From positions 32,001-96,000 of IMG/VR virus record IMGVR_UViG_3300046820_000975: a stretch of DNA of 64,000 bases. One strand, written 5' to 3'. The notes under the pieces were generated by a model. The model was not told where the DNA came from, did not search any database, and worked only from the letters and a program-made list of their open reading frames with translations. The first letter of the stretch is position 1. Each line of letters starts with the position of its first letter. A program made the position numbers and the translations under genes. This DNA comes from a virus. This document shows positions 1-8,394 of this stretch, one piece after another.

Positions 1-2
1 CT

Positions 3-437
3 TTTGTAACCACGCAACTCAAGAGAACGTATATATTCTGCTTTAGTCTGCATGGTAGCCATAGATGCATTCTGAATAGATGCACCATAAAAAGCATCAA
101 CAATACTGTTGTCTTCTACGTATACACCTTTATCATCACGCAACATGTTGATAGGTACTTGAATAACAGGAGAGTCTGTTTTATGTGAAGAACGTGTCTT
201 CTCAACAGTATCATTACCTGTAATAGTGAACTTTTTATCCTTACCTATGCCCAGTACTCTGAACATACTACCTAAGAATTTTCCTGCATCACTAACAGGA
301 TTTTTTGCCATGAAGTAAGAACTGTAATTATCCAGTCCATCATCCCAGTTAAACAAACGTTTGCTTGGATCATAGAAAGTATAATCATGTTCTGAACTTC
401 TATTAAACCAGTCAGTTTTAAAAGTCTTTCTAGACAT
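3..437 (-). CDS. Partial CDS running off the window start (MSRKTFKTDWFNRSS...); possible VWA/CobT-like partner of the MoxR ATPase
   Basis: ATG at 437 (minus strand), open to position 3. The function is inferred only from its position directly downstream of a MoxR-type ATPase; no MIDAS motif is visible in this fragment. Confidence 0.5.
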   Translation of the reverse strand, partial: MSRKTFKTDWFNRSSEHDYTFYDPSKRLFNWDDGLDNYSSYFMAKNPVSDAGKFLGSMFRVLGIGKDKKFTITGNDTVEKTRSSHKTDSPVIQVPINMLRDDKGVYVEDNSIVDAFYGASIQNASMATMQTKAEYIRSLELRGYK

Positions 438-466
438 AGTTAATGTTTTAAGAGAGTTGAAGAGTT

Positions 467-488
467 GGGGAGACTATATAATCTCCCC
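467..488 (-). terminator. Intergenic hairpin (terminator or processing stem)
   Basis: GGGGAGA-N8-TCTCCCC just downstream of the ATPase stop codon; no clear U-tract. Confidence 0.45.
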
Positions 489-514
489 TATCTTCTATGA
501 CCCTCTGTGATCAA

Positions 515-1801
515 TTAAAATGCACTAACGATACCCAACACCTTAGAGCGTTCTGATACTCCAATACCATCTTCAAACAAAGGCATGATAACTGAAAGTA
601 AAGACTTCTCAGTTTCAAAACCATCTGCAATCAGACTAGCAGCTTGTAGGGTATGACGAACAGAAATTGCGTTAGACAACTCTTGTTCTTTCGACTGCTT
701 ACGAATCTCATTAGCAACCTTTACAATTGCTTTTGCTTGCTTCTCACCAATACCTGTACGCAACATTAGCACACGAATTTCTTCAGCCTCGCGTGGATAA
801 TCCAACTCAATTGGCATGAAGCGGTCTAACAATGCACGGTCAATTGCTTGAGTACCAGAATATTCTGCACCCAAGTTTGCAGTTGCAAAGAACACAGTAT
901 CAGGGTGAATGTTAATCTTACGATCACAAGATTCACAAGCGATATCTACAGGAATGTAGCGACGCTTGTCTAATGCAGGGAATAAGATATTGTTTGCAGC
1001 AAGTGGAGAGCGATTCAGCTCATCCAATAAAACTAAACCACCAGATTGAACGTGACTGATGAATGGAGCAAACTCAAATTCTGAGTGACCTTCCTTATTC
1101 AAACGATGCACACCTAGCAATGCAGACTGAGCATCTTGAACAGTACCCATGTCTTGGATATTCAATTCTCTTGCCATAGTCTTTGCAAGTAATGCAATCA
1201 TTTCTGTTTTACCAGAACCAGTAGGACCTACCAACATAGTATTCTCACCACGTAACACGTTACGAACCATAAGATACCATTTGTCTTGGTCAACTTGGAA
1301 TCCGCAGTCTTCAACTTTAGGTGCAGGATACATAGCAGTCAAACTTCTACGGAAGTTAGCACCTGCTTCCATTTTACCTGTTGCTTCATCAATCTTTGGA
1401 GTCAACATCTTTTCAATGTCAATCTTTATTCCAAGTGCTTTCTCTGCCAACGCAGCATATTTCTTTGCGTGGTCATGACCCATCTCAGGGTTATCAATCA
1501 TGTAAGTGGTGATATAATTCCAAATCTCTTCTTTGTTCGCTTCAGTGATTGGGAATATATTATCTTCAAAATACACAGGGATTGCACTACCCTTTGGGAT
1601 AAACATTTCTACACCAGATGTCATTTCTTCTGTTGTGCAGATAAACACGCTGTTTAACGGATAACGTGCAAAGTCTGAGACAGTTGCTTTAATTTGCAAG
1701 TCTTCTAATGGACACGTTAACGTTTTGTCAAGGTTTGCTTGACCTGATAAAGGACGAATTTGATAGTTTGTACCTTCAATTCTAGTTTGTAAGAGGATCA
1801 T
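515..1801 (-). CDS. MoxR/CbbQ/NorQ-type AAA+ ATPase (AAA_5)
   Basis: Walker A GPTGSGKT, Walker B LVLLDELNR, FATAN sensor, DRALLDRF Arg-finger and ISVR sensor II. Confidence 0.9.
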   Translation of the reverse strand: MILLQTRIEGTNYQIRPLSGQANLDKTLTCPLEDLQIKATVSDFARYPLNSVFICTTEEMTSGVEMFIPKGSAIPVYFEDNIFPITEANKEEIWNYITTYMIDNPEMGHDHAKKYAALAEKALGIKIDIEKMLTPKIDEATGKMEAGANFRRSLTAMYPAPKVEDCGFQVDQDKWYLMVRNVLRGENTMLVGPTGSGKTEMIALLAKTMARELNIQDMGTVQDAQSALLGVHRLNKEGHSEFEFAPFISHVQSGGLVLLDELNRSPLAANNILFPALDKRRYIPVDIACESCDRKINIHPDTVFFATANLGAEYSGTQAIDRALLDRFMPIELDYPREAEEIRVLMLRTGIGEKQAKAIVKVANEIRKQSKEQELSNAISVRHTLQAASLIADGFETEKSLLSVIMPLFEDGIGVSERSKVLGIVSAF

Positions 1802-1849
1802 AATTGTATTGATTAATTGTTTTTTTTTTGATTCTTGATACTATAGATA

Positions 1850-1873
1850 AGGGTACTCTGTTACAAGTACCCT
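1850..1873 (-). terminator. Intergenic hairpin
   Basis: AGGGTACT-N8-AGTACCCT downstream of the 1894 stop codon. Confidence 0.4.
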
Positions 1874-1893
1874 GTCACTACAGCTTATACACA

Positions 1894-2394
1894 TCACATA
1901 AAGTCTTTTGGATTGAATGTTGAATCATCCATTGATGTTCCATTTCCAAAGCGTTTCTTAAAGAATTCACGTAACTCATCACGAACACGCTTACCTTCTT
2001 CATAATCTTCTTTGTCAGCAGCGTTTTTCATACGGTCACGCAACTTCTTTAACGTTTCAACGTCTTCATCAGTTGCTTCAAATGTATCTCCTTGACCTAA
2101 AGTTCTCATCATGTCTTTAAGACCATCAATGAAACCTTCGTCATGATTTGCATCTGAGATATCATCAATCCTTGTATGGATTTCTTTCTTTAAGTTATCA
2201 ATCTCACGTTGCATACGTTCAAGAATACCCAATGCTAAGAAAGGGTTACACTTTGACTGAATAAGGACACCTTTTGGGTTACCTGTATCACTCAATTCAA
2301 TACCAATGACAATGATATTCTCAATAGAATTCTTGTCTGCATCTAACATTTCTGTACGCAAAGATGCGCAGCGATCTAAATACTGTTTAGCCAT
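1894..2394 (-). CDS. Hypothetical protein with a C-terminal UVR (UvrB/UvrC) coiled-coil motif
   Basis: MKNAADKEDYEEGKRVRDELR resembles the UVR motif (M..A...E.yE.A...RD.i). Confidence 0.6.
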   Translation of the reverse strand: MAKQYLDRCASLRTEMLDADKNSIENIIVIGIELSDTGNPKGVLIQSKCNPFLALGILERMQREIDNLKKEIHTRIDDISDANHDEGFIDGLKDMMRTLGQGDTFEATDEDVETLKKLRDRMKNAADKEDYEEGKRVRDELREFFKKRFGNGTSMDDSTFNPKDFM

Positions 2395-2423
2395 TTTGCT
2401 AAGTTTTTGTTTAGTTAAAATAA

Positions 2424-2735
2424 TTATTTCTTAAGTCCTTCACTGAACATTTTTAGTTCAGTATCACAATCTTCAAGCAGATTCACAATAGGAGACAGAG
2501 TCTTTACCACGTTATGAATAACTTGGTAATACTCAGACTTCTTAAATGAGTCTGCTTGCGTTTGTGTTATGTCATGATAAGTGACACCATTATCGTTTGT
2601 CTTCTGGATTCTTAACTTTTTCAAGTTAGATTCCATAGTATCAACGATGTCCTTCATTTTGTGATAGGTCAAAATGATGTCTTTGTTTGATAAGCCAGCA
2701 TACTTTGGCACTGTTGTTTCAGTAATCTGTGTCAT
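2424..2735 (-). CDS. Hypothetical protein
   Basis: 103-aa ORF in a tightly packed minus-strand operon, with an ATGA overlap with the upstream gene. Confidence 0.75.
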   Translation of the reverse strand: MTQITETTVPKYAGLSNKDIILTYHKMKDIVDTMESNLKKLRIQKTNDNGVTYHDITQTQADSFKKSEYYQVIHNVVKTLSPIVNLLEDCDTELKMFSEGLKK

Positions 2736-3256
2736 AACATAGGAGTTTGTGGAGTGATAGATAAAAAATTTGCAGGTAACAACTTTCTGATTATCAATTC
2801 GTTGATAACATCAGTAGTTGTAAACTTGAGAGAGCGCAATGTCACTCCGCTAGGAAGTGGTTCCATCCAGTCACAATCCTTGTCATATCTTATGGAGTTC
2901 TCTCCAAAGATTTGATTGATTAACTTAGTTTCAGCAGCCATGTAACGCTTTGCTTTCATAATGTGAAGAAAACGTGTAGCACGCAAATGATCCTGTTCAA
3001 TTCTGTGTATTGCTTGAGGACTCATAGCACGCTTCTGTGCATCTGAGAACTCTTTCATACCGTACATTAAACGTCTGTACATAGGGCGTTGTATCAGATT
3101 AAGATGTAACCCTTCTTCAATATCAACTGCTGTAGCATTATGCGACGGTTGATTTTGATAAGTGGTTTTACCATACTGATAAAACTTCTTGTCACCCATA
3201 TCTGAGTGCAAGACATAGCAATTGGCATTGCAATTGGCAATTGTAACTTTTGTCAT
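2732..3256 (-). CDS. Hypothetical protein
   Basis: 174-aa ORF in operon context. Confidence 0.75.
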   Translation of the reverse strand: MTKVTIANCNANCYVLHSDMGDKKFYQYGKTTYQNQPSHNATAVDIEEGLHLNLIQRPMYRRLMYGMKEFSDAQKRAMSPQAIHRIEQDHLRATRFLHIMKAKRYMAAETKLINQIFGENSIRYDKDCDWMEPLPSGVTLRSLKFTTTDVINELIIRKLLPANFLSITPQTPML

Positions 3257-3269
3257 AAAGTTTAAATTT

Positions 3270-3563
3270 TTAAACGTTAAATTTCAAGAACTTATTTTTG
3301 TCCTTGTTGACGATAATATACTCGCAGTTAGTGTATTTCTTACGCGAGCGTGAGACATGATTAATAGCATCTGCTAATTCAATAAACTCACAGGTGTACA
3401 TGTTCTTTGTACTTAAATTAAGACGTATAACCAAATAATGTGGCACAACATGTGAATGCTGTACCACATACTTGATTGGCTCTCTATTTAAATTCTTTCG
3501 CAAGCACCTTAACTTTACTGACATACGTGCTATCTTCCGCATAATTCTTTGATAGATACTCAT
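3270..3563 (-). CDS. Hypothetical protein (start uncertain)
   Basis: Fills the gap in the operon; its 5' end overlaps the glucosaminidase gene by 80 nt. Confidence 0.45.
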   Translation of the reverse strand: MSIYQRIMRKIARMSVKLRCLRKNLNREPIKYVVQHSHVVPHYLVIRLNLSTKNMYTCEFIELADAINHVSRSRKKYTNCEYIIVNKDKNKFLKFNV

Positions 3564-4020
3564 AGTATTCTGCTTCTGAATGTATGTTTTTCAAATAACA
3601 GCACTGGAATAGTGCATAATCAAGAACAGATTCACGCCAGTGTTGATACACTGCGTGTCCATTCTCTGCACCTTTGTTTGTTGATACTCTACCACGAGCT
3701 TCTCTCATACCAAACAAATTGTTGTTAGATTTAAAAATCTGACTACTAAAATGTCCAGTCTCAAGACAAGCTTGTGCATATACGATGTGAGGGAATTGAA
3801 TCTGTAAGTCTTTCAAGTATGACTTAAACGCTTCAGGTGTAAAAGTGTCCGTCGTTGTGACAGACACTTTATACTCCCGCGGTGATTCAAAACCTCTTAC
3901 AAAACCATAGTGGTAACTAGTAAACCCAACTATTGATACAGTCAGTAACCAGACAATCCACCAAGGTTTGGGACGATGTTCTTTGAATTGTAAAGAATTC
4001 AAGTCAAACTTGTAGATCAT
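3484..4020 (-). CDS. GH73/FlgJ-like peptidoglycan glucosaminidase with an N-terminal TM anchor (possible endolysin)
   Basis: AQACLETG catalytic-Glu motif, NNLFGM and YAEDSTY (YATD-like) motifs; hydrophobic segment WWIVWLLTVSIVGF. Confidence 0.8.
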   Translation of the reverse strand: MIYKFDLNSLQFKEHRPKPWWIVWLLTVSIVGFTSYHYGFVRGFESPREYKVSVTTTDTFTPEAFKSYLKDLQIQFPHIVYAQACLETGHFSSQIFKSNNNLFGMREARGRVSTNKGAENGHAVYQHWRESVLDYALFQCCYLKNIHSEAEYYEYLSKNYAEDSTYVSKVKVLAKEFK

Positions 4021-4565
4021 CTAATCCAACGATTTTTCTCATAGAACATCATTTGTAGACGTTCTAAGTCTTCTGCATTACGAGCAGCAAGATAGTTAGT
4101 GTTCATGTTAATCCACTCGCATAACGCTTCATTTGACACATCATCAAATCTTTCTTCATTTGCTACGTGCCATATGTAATTGGCAAGTATCTCTTGAAGT
4201 TTATAACTTGTAGGTATGTCATGGTAGAATTCAAAGTTAACAGGTTCTGATATCTGTTCTAATTCACCATTAGTATCTCTCTTGTAAAGAGGAGTGCTTA
4301 ACGAAGCGTTCCACCTGTAGGTAGTCCTATATTCTCTGTAGAGATTAAAGACTGCTGACAATAGTTCTACCACCATATCACCAATAAGGAATACCTCAAG
4401 GGTGATATAGATAGGTAGAATACGTGGGTTATTTACAAACAACAACTTATCATAGAATGCTTCATAGAGTGTAGTACCAATTAGCAATCCTGCCAAGGTC
4501 ATACATAGAACTCTGAATATTCTGACAAGTTTCTGTTTTCTGCGGGACCTAAACTTATTTAGCAT
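4017..4565 (-). CDS. Hypothetical membrane protein (2 predicted TM helices)
   Basis: Basic N-terminus followed by two hydrophobic stretches. Confidence 0.65.
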   Translation of the reverse strand: MLNKFRSRRKQKLVRIFRVLCMTLAGLLIGTTLYEAFYDKLLFVNNPRILPIYITLEVFLIGDMVVELLSAVFNLYREYRTTYRWNASLSTPLYKRDTNGELEQISEPVNFEFYHDIPTSYKLQEILANYIWHVANEERFDDVSNEALCEWINMNTNYLAARNAEDLERLQMMFYEKNRWIR

Positions 4566-5061
4566 ACTCAGCTACGATTTTAGAAATAAACTCTTCATGA
4601 GTCATGTCTTCGTTAGCAAAGTAATCCTCTAAAGTAATCTTGTGGCTGATTTCTTCTATTGTAGGAATACCTAAACGAGAATTGTCATGTCCACGGTGTG
4701 GTTCATGTAGAACTGCCAAAGACTTTGGTTTACCATTCTCTTCGCCAACGTATGTCACACTTGAATAATAACCAGAACGATTTCTTATCAAAGAAGCATT
4801 CCAACCAAAGTGGAAGGTATCATCTGAGTACTTATCAATACAAGTGTCGCGTAAATTTTCAAACTCTTCTTCAAGGTTTTTCAAGTTATTGTATAAACTG
4901 TTTAACTCCTTCAGTTTTGATTCTGCTTGTTTGAACTCAGGAGTTTTCTTTACGTCAGCAAACTTTTTGTTGTTTTGCTGTTTACGCTTTGTAACGATTT
5001 CGTCTTGGATACGTGTAGCGAGAATCTTCACTACATTCTGGGGCATAGTTTTCTTTGCCAT
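4555..5061 (-). CDS. Hypothetical coiled-coil protein
   Basis: 168-aa ORF with a heptad-like N-terminal half. Confidence 0.7.
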   Translation of the reverse strand: MAKKTMPQNVVKILATRIQDEIVTKRKQQNNKKFADVKKTPEFKQAESKLKELNSLYNNLKNLEEEFENLRDTCIDKYSDDTFHFGWNASLIRNRSGYYSSVTYVGEENGKPKSLAVLHEPHRGHDNSRLGIPTIEEISHKITLEDYFANEDMTHEEFISKIVAEYAK

Positions 5062-5075
5062 GATTTGTTATTGGT

Positions 5076-5435
5076 TTAAATGTTATTACTTTTTGAGAAC
5101 TTTGTAACTTCTGAGAACTTACCGTTTACATAGCGGTGAAATATCAGCGTGTCACAGCGTTCATCTTCCATACAATCTTGGGTATAAGAACCCGCGTGTG
5201 TCTTAGAGCGGATAGTACCAAAGTACTTAGTACCTGTGGTAGTGATATACTCATAAGCAGCGTAGGGTCTCTTAACAGTTTCGCGGTGGATGCTACCATC
5301 CTCTTCATAGTAAAGAGCATCATAGTAACCGCATTGATCACAAAAGGTGGTCTCTCCTTCTTCTATAAGAAGATAAAGACTTGCATGATGATTGTCACAG
5401 TAAGGACAAATACATTCTTCTTGTGTAGTAGACAT
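5076..5435 (-). CDS. Hypothetical Zn-ribbon protein
   Basis: CPYC ... CDQCG motifs. Confidence 0.7.
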   Translation of the reverse strand: MSTTQEECICPYCDNHHASLYLLIEEGETTFCDQCGYYDALYYEEDGSIHRETVKRPYAAYEYITTTGTKYFGTIRSKTHAGSYTQDCMEDERCDTLIFHRYVNGKFSEVTKFSKSNNI

Positions 5436-5543
5436 AAGTTAGTTCTGATTAAAAGTTAATGATTTCTTGAGTACATTGACTAGTTGCTATCTAGTGTCGC
5501 GACTTTTGTGGCTAACTAGCACTTTAGTTAAGGGTGATAGAAG

Positions 5544-5570
5544 GTGAGAGTGGTGTTTTACCACCCTCAC
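5544..5570 (-). terminator. Post-stop hairpin
   Basis: Minus-strand GUGAGGGUGGU-AAAAC-ACCACUCUCAC, an 11-bp stem with one G-U pair. Confidence 0.5.
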
Positions 5571-5600
5571 AATCAATCACTTACGCACAAATACCACCAA

Positions 5601-6092
5601 TTAAGATGGTAAGTTAGCAGCTTTACGTGCAGCTAAGAACTCACGCACCTCAGCGGTGTTGTCATTCTGTACTTTAACGTCAGCAGTAGTACCTGTCTCA
5701 TCATAGAAAGAGTATCTGATGATACGCTCTCCACCATAAGTAAGTTCCATGCCATCATTACCTGCACGTTTTACGTACGATTTGATAGCATCTTCCCACG
5801 TCATTGCTTTGTCATTGTGGATGACATTAACAATATGGTCAGGAACTTCAGATTCTAAATACTCTTGAACGCAAATACGTCCTGGCATAGTACCATACTT
5901 GGCGTCTTTAATTAACCCTTGAAGGTCAGACACTTTACCGCGTATTAAACAACTCTTCTCCTTTACAGAGATGAAGCCATTGTTAATACTACGTACGCTT
6001 TCAGACAAGCGAATGTAACCATACTCAGGGTTACTGTCATAAGCTGTGAACATTGCACCAGCTTTGTTAGGCATAATTCTTACATTAGACAT
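5601..6092 (-). CDS. Hypothetical protein, paralog of 6383-6877
   Basis: Start reassigned to ATG 6092 (MSNVRIMP), which lies 28 nt from the CCAAACACCC motif. Shares SNPE, ESE.P, G.RI.R...YD and the C-terminal ANLPS with its neighbour. Confidence 0.8.
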   Translation of the reverse strand: MSNVRIMPNKAGAMFTAYDSNPEYGYIRLSESVRSINNGFISVKEKSCLIRGKVSDLQGLIKDAKYGTMPGRICVQEYLESEVPDHIVNVIHNDKAMTWEDAIKSYVKRAGNDGMELTYGGERIIRYSFYDETGTTADVKVQNDNTAEVREFLAARKAANLPS

Positions 6093-6347
6093 AAGGTGTA
6101 AATTTAGATTAGATTGGTTGGGTGTTTGGAATGGGGTTGTGAATGGGGGTAGTGGGTGGGATGGTAGTGGGTTTGTGTACATGGTTTTGATTTGGTCTTG
6201 ATTCCTTGCGGGGTACAGTTCTGATTATCCATGAGAGTTTGACTGGGTACACTATTGCTGTAACCCTTTCTGAGTATTTGGGGTGGTTGGAATGGGATAG
6301 TGAATTGGTGTACCCTGTTTTGTGGACAGGGTTGTGGACAAGGTGTA

Positions 6348-6371
6348 GAGCGTAGCATTTCTACTACGCTC
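6348..6371 (-). terminator. Post-stop hairpin with GAAA tetraloop
   Basis: Minus-strand GAGCGUAGUA-GAAA-UGCUACGCUC. Confidence 0.55.
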
Positions 6372-6382
6372 ACTGTCCTTGT

Positions 6383-6877
6383 TTAGGAAGGCAAGTTAGC
6401 ACCGCCTGCACGTACTGCTGTACGCCATTGGGCAATCTCTTCCTGGTTGTCGTGTTCTACACGCACGTCTTGCATAACGTTATCAGGGTCGTAATCTGTG
6501 AAACGCAAGATTCTGTCTCCTTCTTTACGCAAGTAAGGAGCATCATCTTGTGGACGTTTCAAGAATGGTTGTACTGCTACTTCATAGTCAACGTCTGAAC
6601 GTAGACGTGACTTAAAAGATTCAGGACATTCACTCTCTGTGAACTCTCTAACAACTATCTGTCCTGGTACAGGACTGTTAGCATAAGTGTTGACAAACAT
6701 TTGAAGAATGTCTTTCTTAGCACGCAAGATAGTGGTGCGTGTCTGCTTGTCAATGAACCCGCCTGCTCTGTGTACAATCTTATCAGATTGCATAACGCAG
6801 TATGCGAATTCAGGGTTAGACGCGTAGTAACGAACTTTGTTACCTGTCTTTGGGTCTGTAATGATAGTTACTGACAT
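6383..6877 (-). CDS. Hypothetical protein, paralog of 5601-6092
   Basis: 164 aa; colinear motif sharing with the adjacent gene and the same ANLPS C-terminus. Confidence 0.8.
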   Translation of the reverse strand: MSVTIITDPKTGNKVRYYASNPEFAYCVMQSDKIVHRAGGFIDKQTRTTILRAKKDILQMFVNTYANSPVPGQIVVREFTESECPESFKSRLRSDVDYEVAVQPFLKRPQDDAPYLRKEGDRILRFTDYDPDNVMQDVRVEHDNQEEIAQWRTAVRAGGANLPS

Positions 6878-6925
6878 AGTTATGGGGATTTAATTAGTGA
6901 CGTTGGGTGTTTGGGTGTAGTGGTG

Positions 6926-6955
6926 GGTAGGTAGAGTTTGTGTACCCTACCTACC
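6926..6955 (-). terminator. Post-stop hairpin
   Basis: GGTAGGTAGAGT-N6-ACCCTACCTACC, 12 bp with one G-U pair on the minus strand. Confidence 0.55.
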
Positions 6956-6963
6956 TTACTACC

Positions 6964-7377
6964 TTATAGTTTCGCAAACAAGTCTCTCATTTCTTGTGGA
7001 GTACTGTCTTTGAAGCGTCTGTTTGCTAATACAGCAAGTTTAAAAGACTGGCTTTGCAATTTGAATTTGAGACTGATAATCTCTGTTTCCAAACTTTTAA
7101 CCTTGTCTTTGTACTGTTGTTCTACAGTACCTGTGTATCTGTTAAGCATACGTTCATCAGGTGTGCTGTCAACAATACAATCGTACAAGTCTGTCACAAG
7201 TATTGTGTAGTTACTTGGTGTAAAATTGTCTACAGGGATTTGTAGATACTTGGACACAGCAATGCTTTCGTAAGAACAGAATACGCTTACTTTAACTTTG
7301 ATTCTGCGTACATAACCGTTTTCAGTTTCAAGTTGATAGTCTGAACAGGTTGCGAGGGGGATGCGTTGTTTTTGCAT
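6964..7377 (-). CDS. Hypothetical protein
   Basis: 137 aa; upstream motif at 7404. Confidence 0.75.
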   Translation of the reverse strand: MQKQRIPLATCSDYQLETENGYVRRIKVKVSVFCSYESIAVSKYLQIPVDNFTPSNYTILVTDLYDCIVDSTPDERMLNRYTGTVEQQYKDKVKSLETEIISLKFKLQSQSFKLAVLANRRFKDSTPQEMRDLFAKL

Positions 7378-7474
7378 AGGTATGAGTTTTAGTTAGATAG
7401 ATAGGGTGTTTGGAAATGAAATGAGAATGTATACAACAGCACTACCTATTAGAATAGTGCTGTATTGTACACAA

Positions 7475-7490
7475 TGTTCCACGTGGAACA
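7475..7490. promoter_or_regulatory. parS: parS-type ParB-binding palindrome
   Basis: TGTTCCACGTGGAACA, a perfect 16-bp palindrome that fits the bacterial chromosomal parS consensus; intergenic. Confidence 0.7.
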
Positions 7491-7491
7491 A

Positions 7492-8043
7492 TTAGTGGTT
7501 CTCAGGAACAGGTGGTAACTCAGATACCCAATTCAAATACTGACTGCCTTTAATCCATTCATTGTTTTCTTTTGCATTGCGTGTGTTAGACTCAATGTCT
7601 TTGAGTTTCTCACAAGTTGTAGTCATGTAAGACGGTACAAGTCTGTCTTCAAAGAAATCAGTTGGCGTTTCAGTTTCTGTTGCATAAGTATCGTCTGTGA
7701 AATACTTACGTGATGTCTTTACTGACATGTAACTGATGACAACCTTATTAGTAATAGGGTTGTAAGATTCAATGTTACCGTCAATCAAATGAGTTTCAAC
7801 GCGTTCATCTTTCTTACTACGATACATAGCAAATACAGTTTGATTGATAGGCATCTGGTTGATGCTTTCATCATTAATACAGAACAGCATATCAAGGAGC
7901 GTGTTTACTTGGTCATTGCTGAATTCTGAATTTAACGCTTCAATGATTACAGGCATGTTTCTTGCAAACAAAATTGAGTTGTTTGTAATAGCATTGTGAC
8001 CTGCCTTGATGATTAGTTCTTGTTGTTTTTTTGAGAGTTCCAT
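7492..8043 (-). CDS. Hypothetical protein
   Basis: 183 aa; upstream motif at 8080. Confidence 0.75.
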   Translation of the reverse strand: MELSKKQQELIIKAGHNAITNNSILFARNMPVIIEALNSEFSNDQVNTLLDMLFCINDESINQMPINQTVFAMYRSKKDERVETHLIDGNIESYNPITNKVVISYMSVKTSRKYFTDDTYATETETPTDFFEDRLVPSYMTTTCEKLKDIESNTRNAKENNEWIKGSQYLNWVSELPPVPENH

Positions 8044-8102
8044 GATTAGTGGGGTTTATAGTTAATAATTAGTTTAAAAGGGTGTTTGGGTTATTAAACC
8101 CC

Positions 8103-8351
8103 CTATATCATTTCTGGTATAGGGAGTTTAACAAACATTTTCTTACCTGACGCGCTTACTTTAAACTTGCGAAAGGTGTTTACAAATACGCCAGTATTGT
8201 CTATGTGCGTAAATTGTTTCATAGCACGTAGATGGTTGATGGCACCTATTCTTGTAGGGAATGTTTTGGTGCTATCAATGGAGAAACTTATTTCTCCTAA
8301 CTCATTAAAGAACTGCGTAGTGTAGTTCAGTTGGAATAAAGTCTTTTGCAT
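8103..8351 (-). CDS. Hypothetical protein
   Basis: 82 aa; upstream motif at 8375. Confidence 0.7.
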   Translation of the reverse strand: MQKTLFQLNYTTQFFNELGEISFSIDSTKTFPTRIGAINHLRAMKQFTHIDNTGVFVNTFRKFKVSASGKKMFVKLPIPEMI

Positions 8352-8394
8352 ATGGTTTATATTTAGTTATCAAAGGGTGTTTGGAAATGAATAG

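Noticed and set aside
6093-6373. ORF 6104-6373 and the N-terminal extension of 5601-6182
   Set aside because: P/H/T/Q-rich translations of a C/A-rich non-coding tract. Paralog alignment and motif spacing support a start at 6092.
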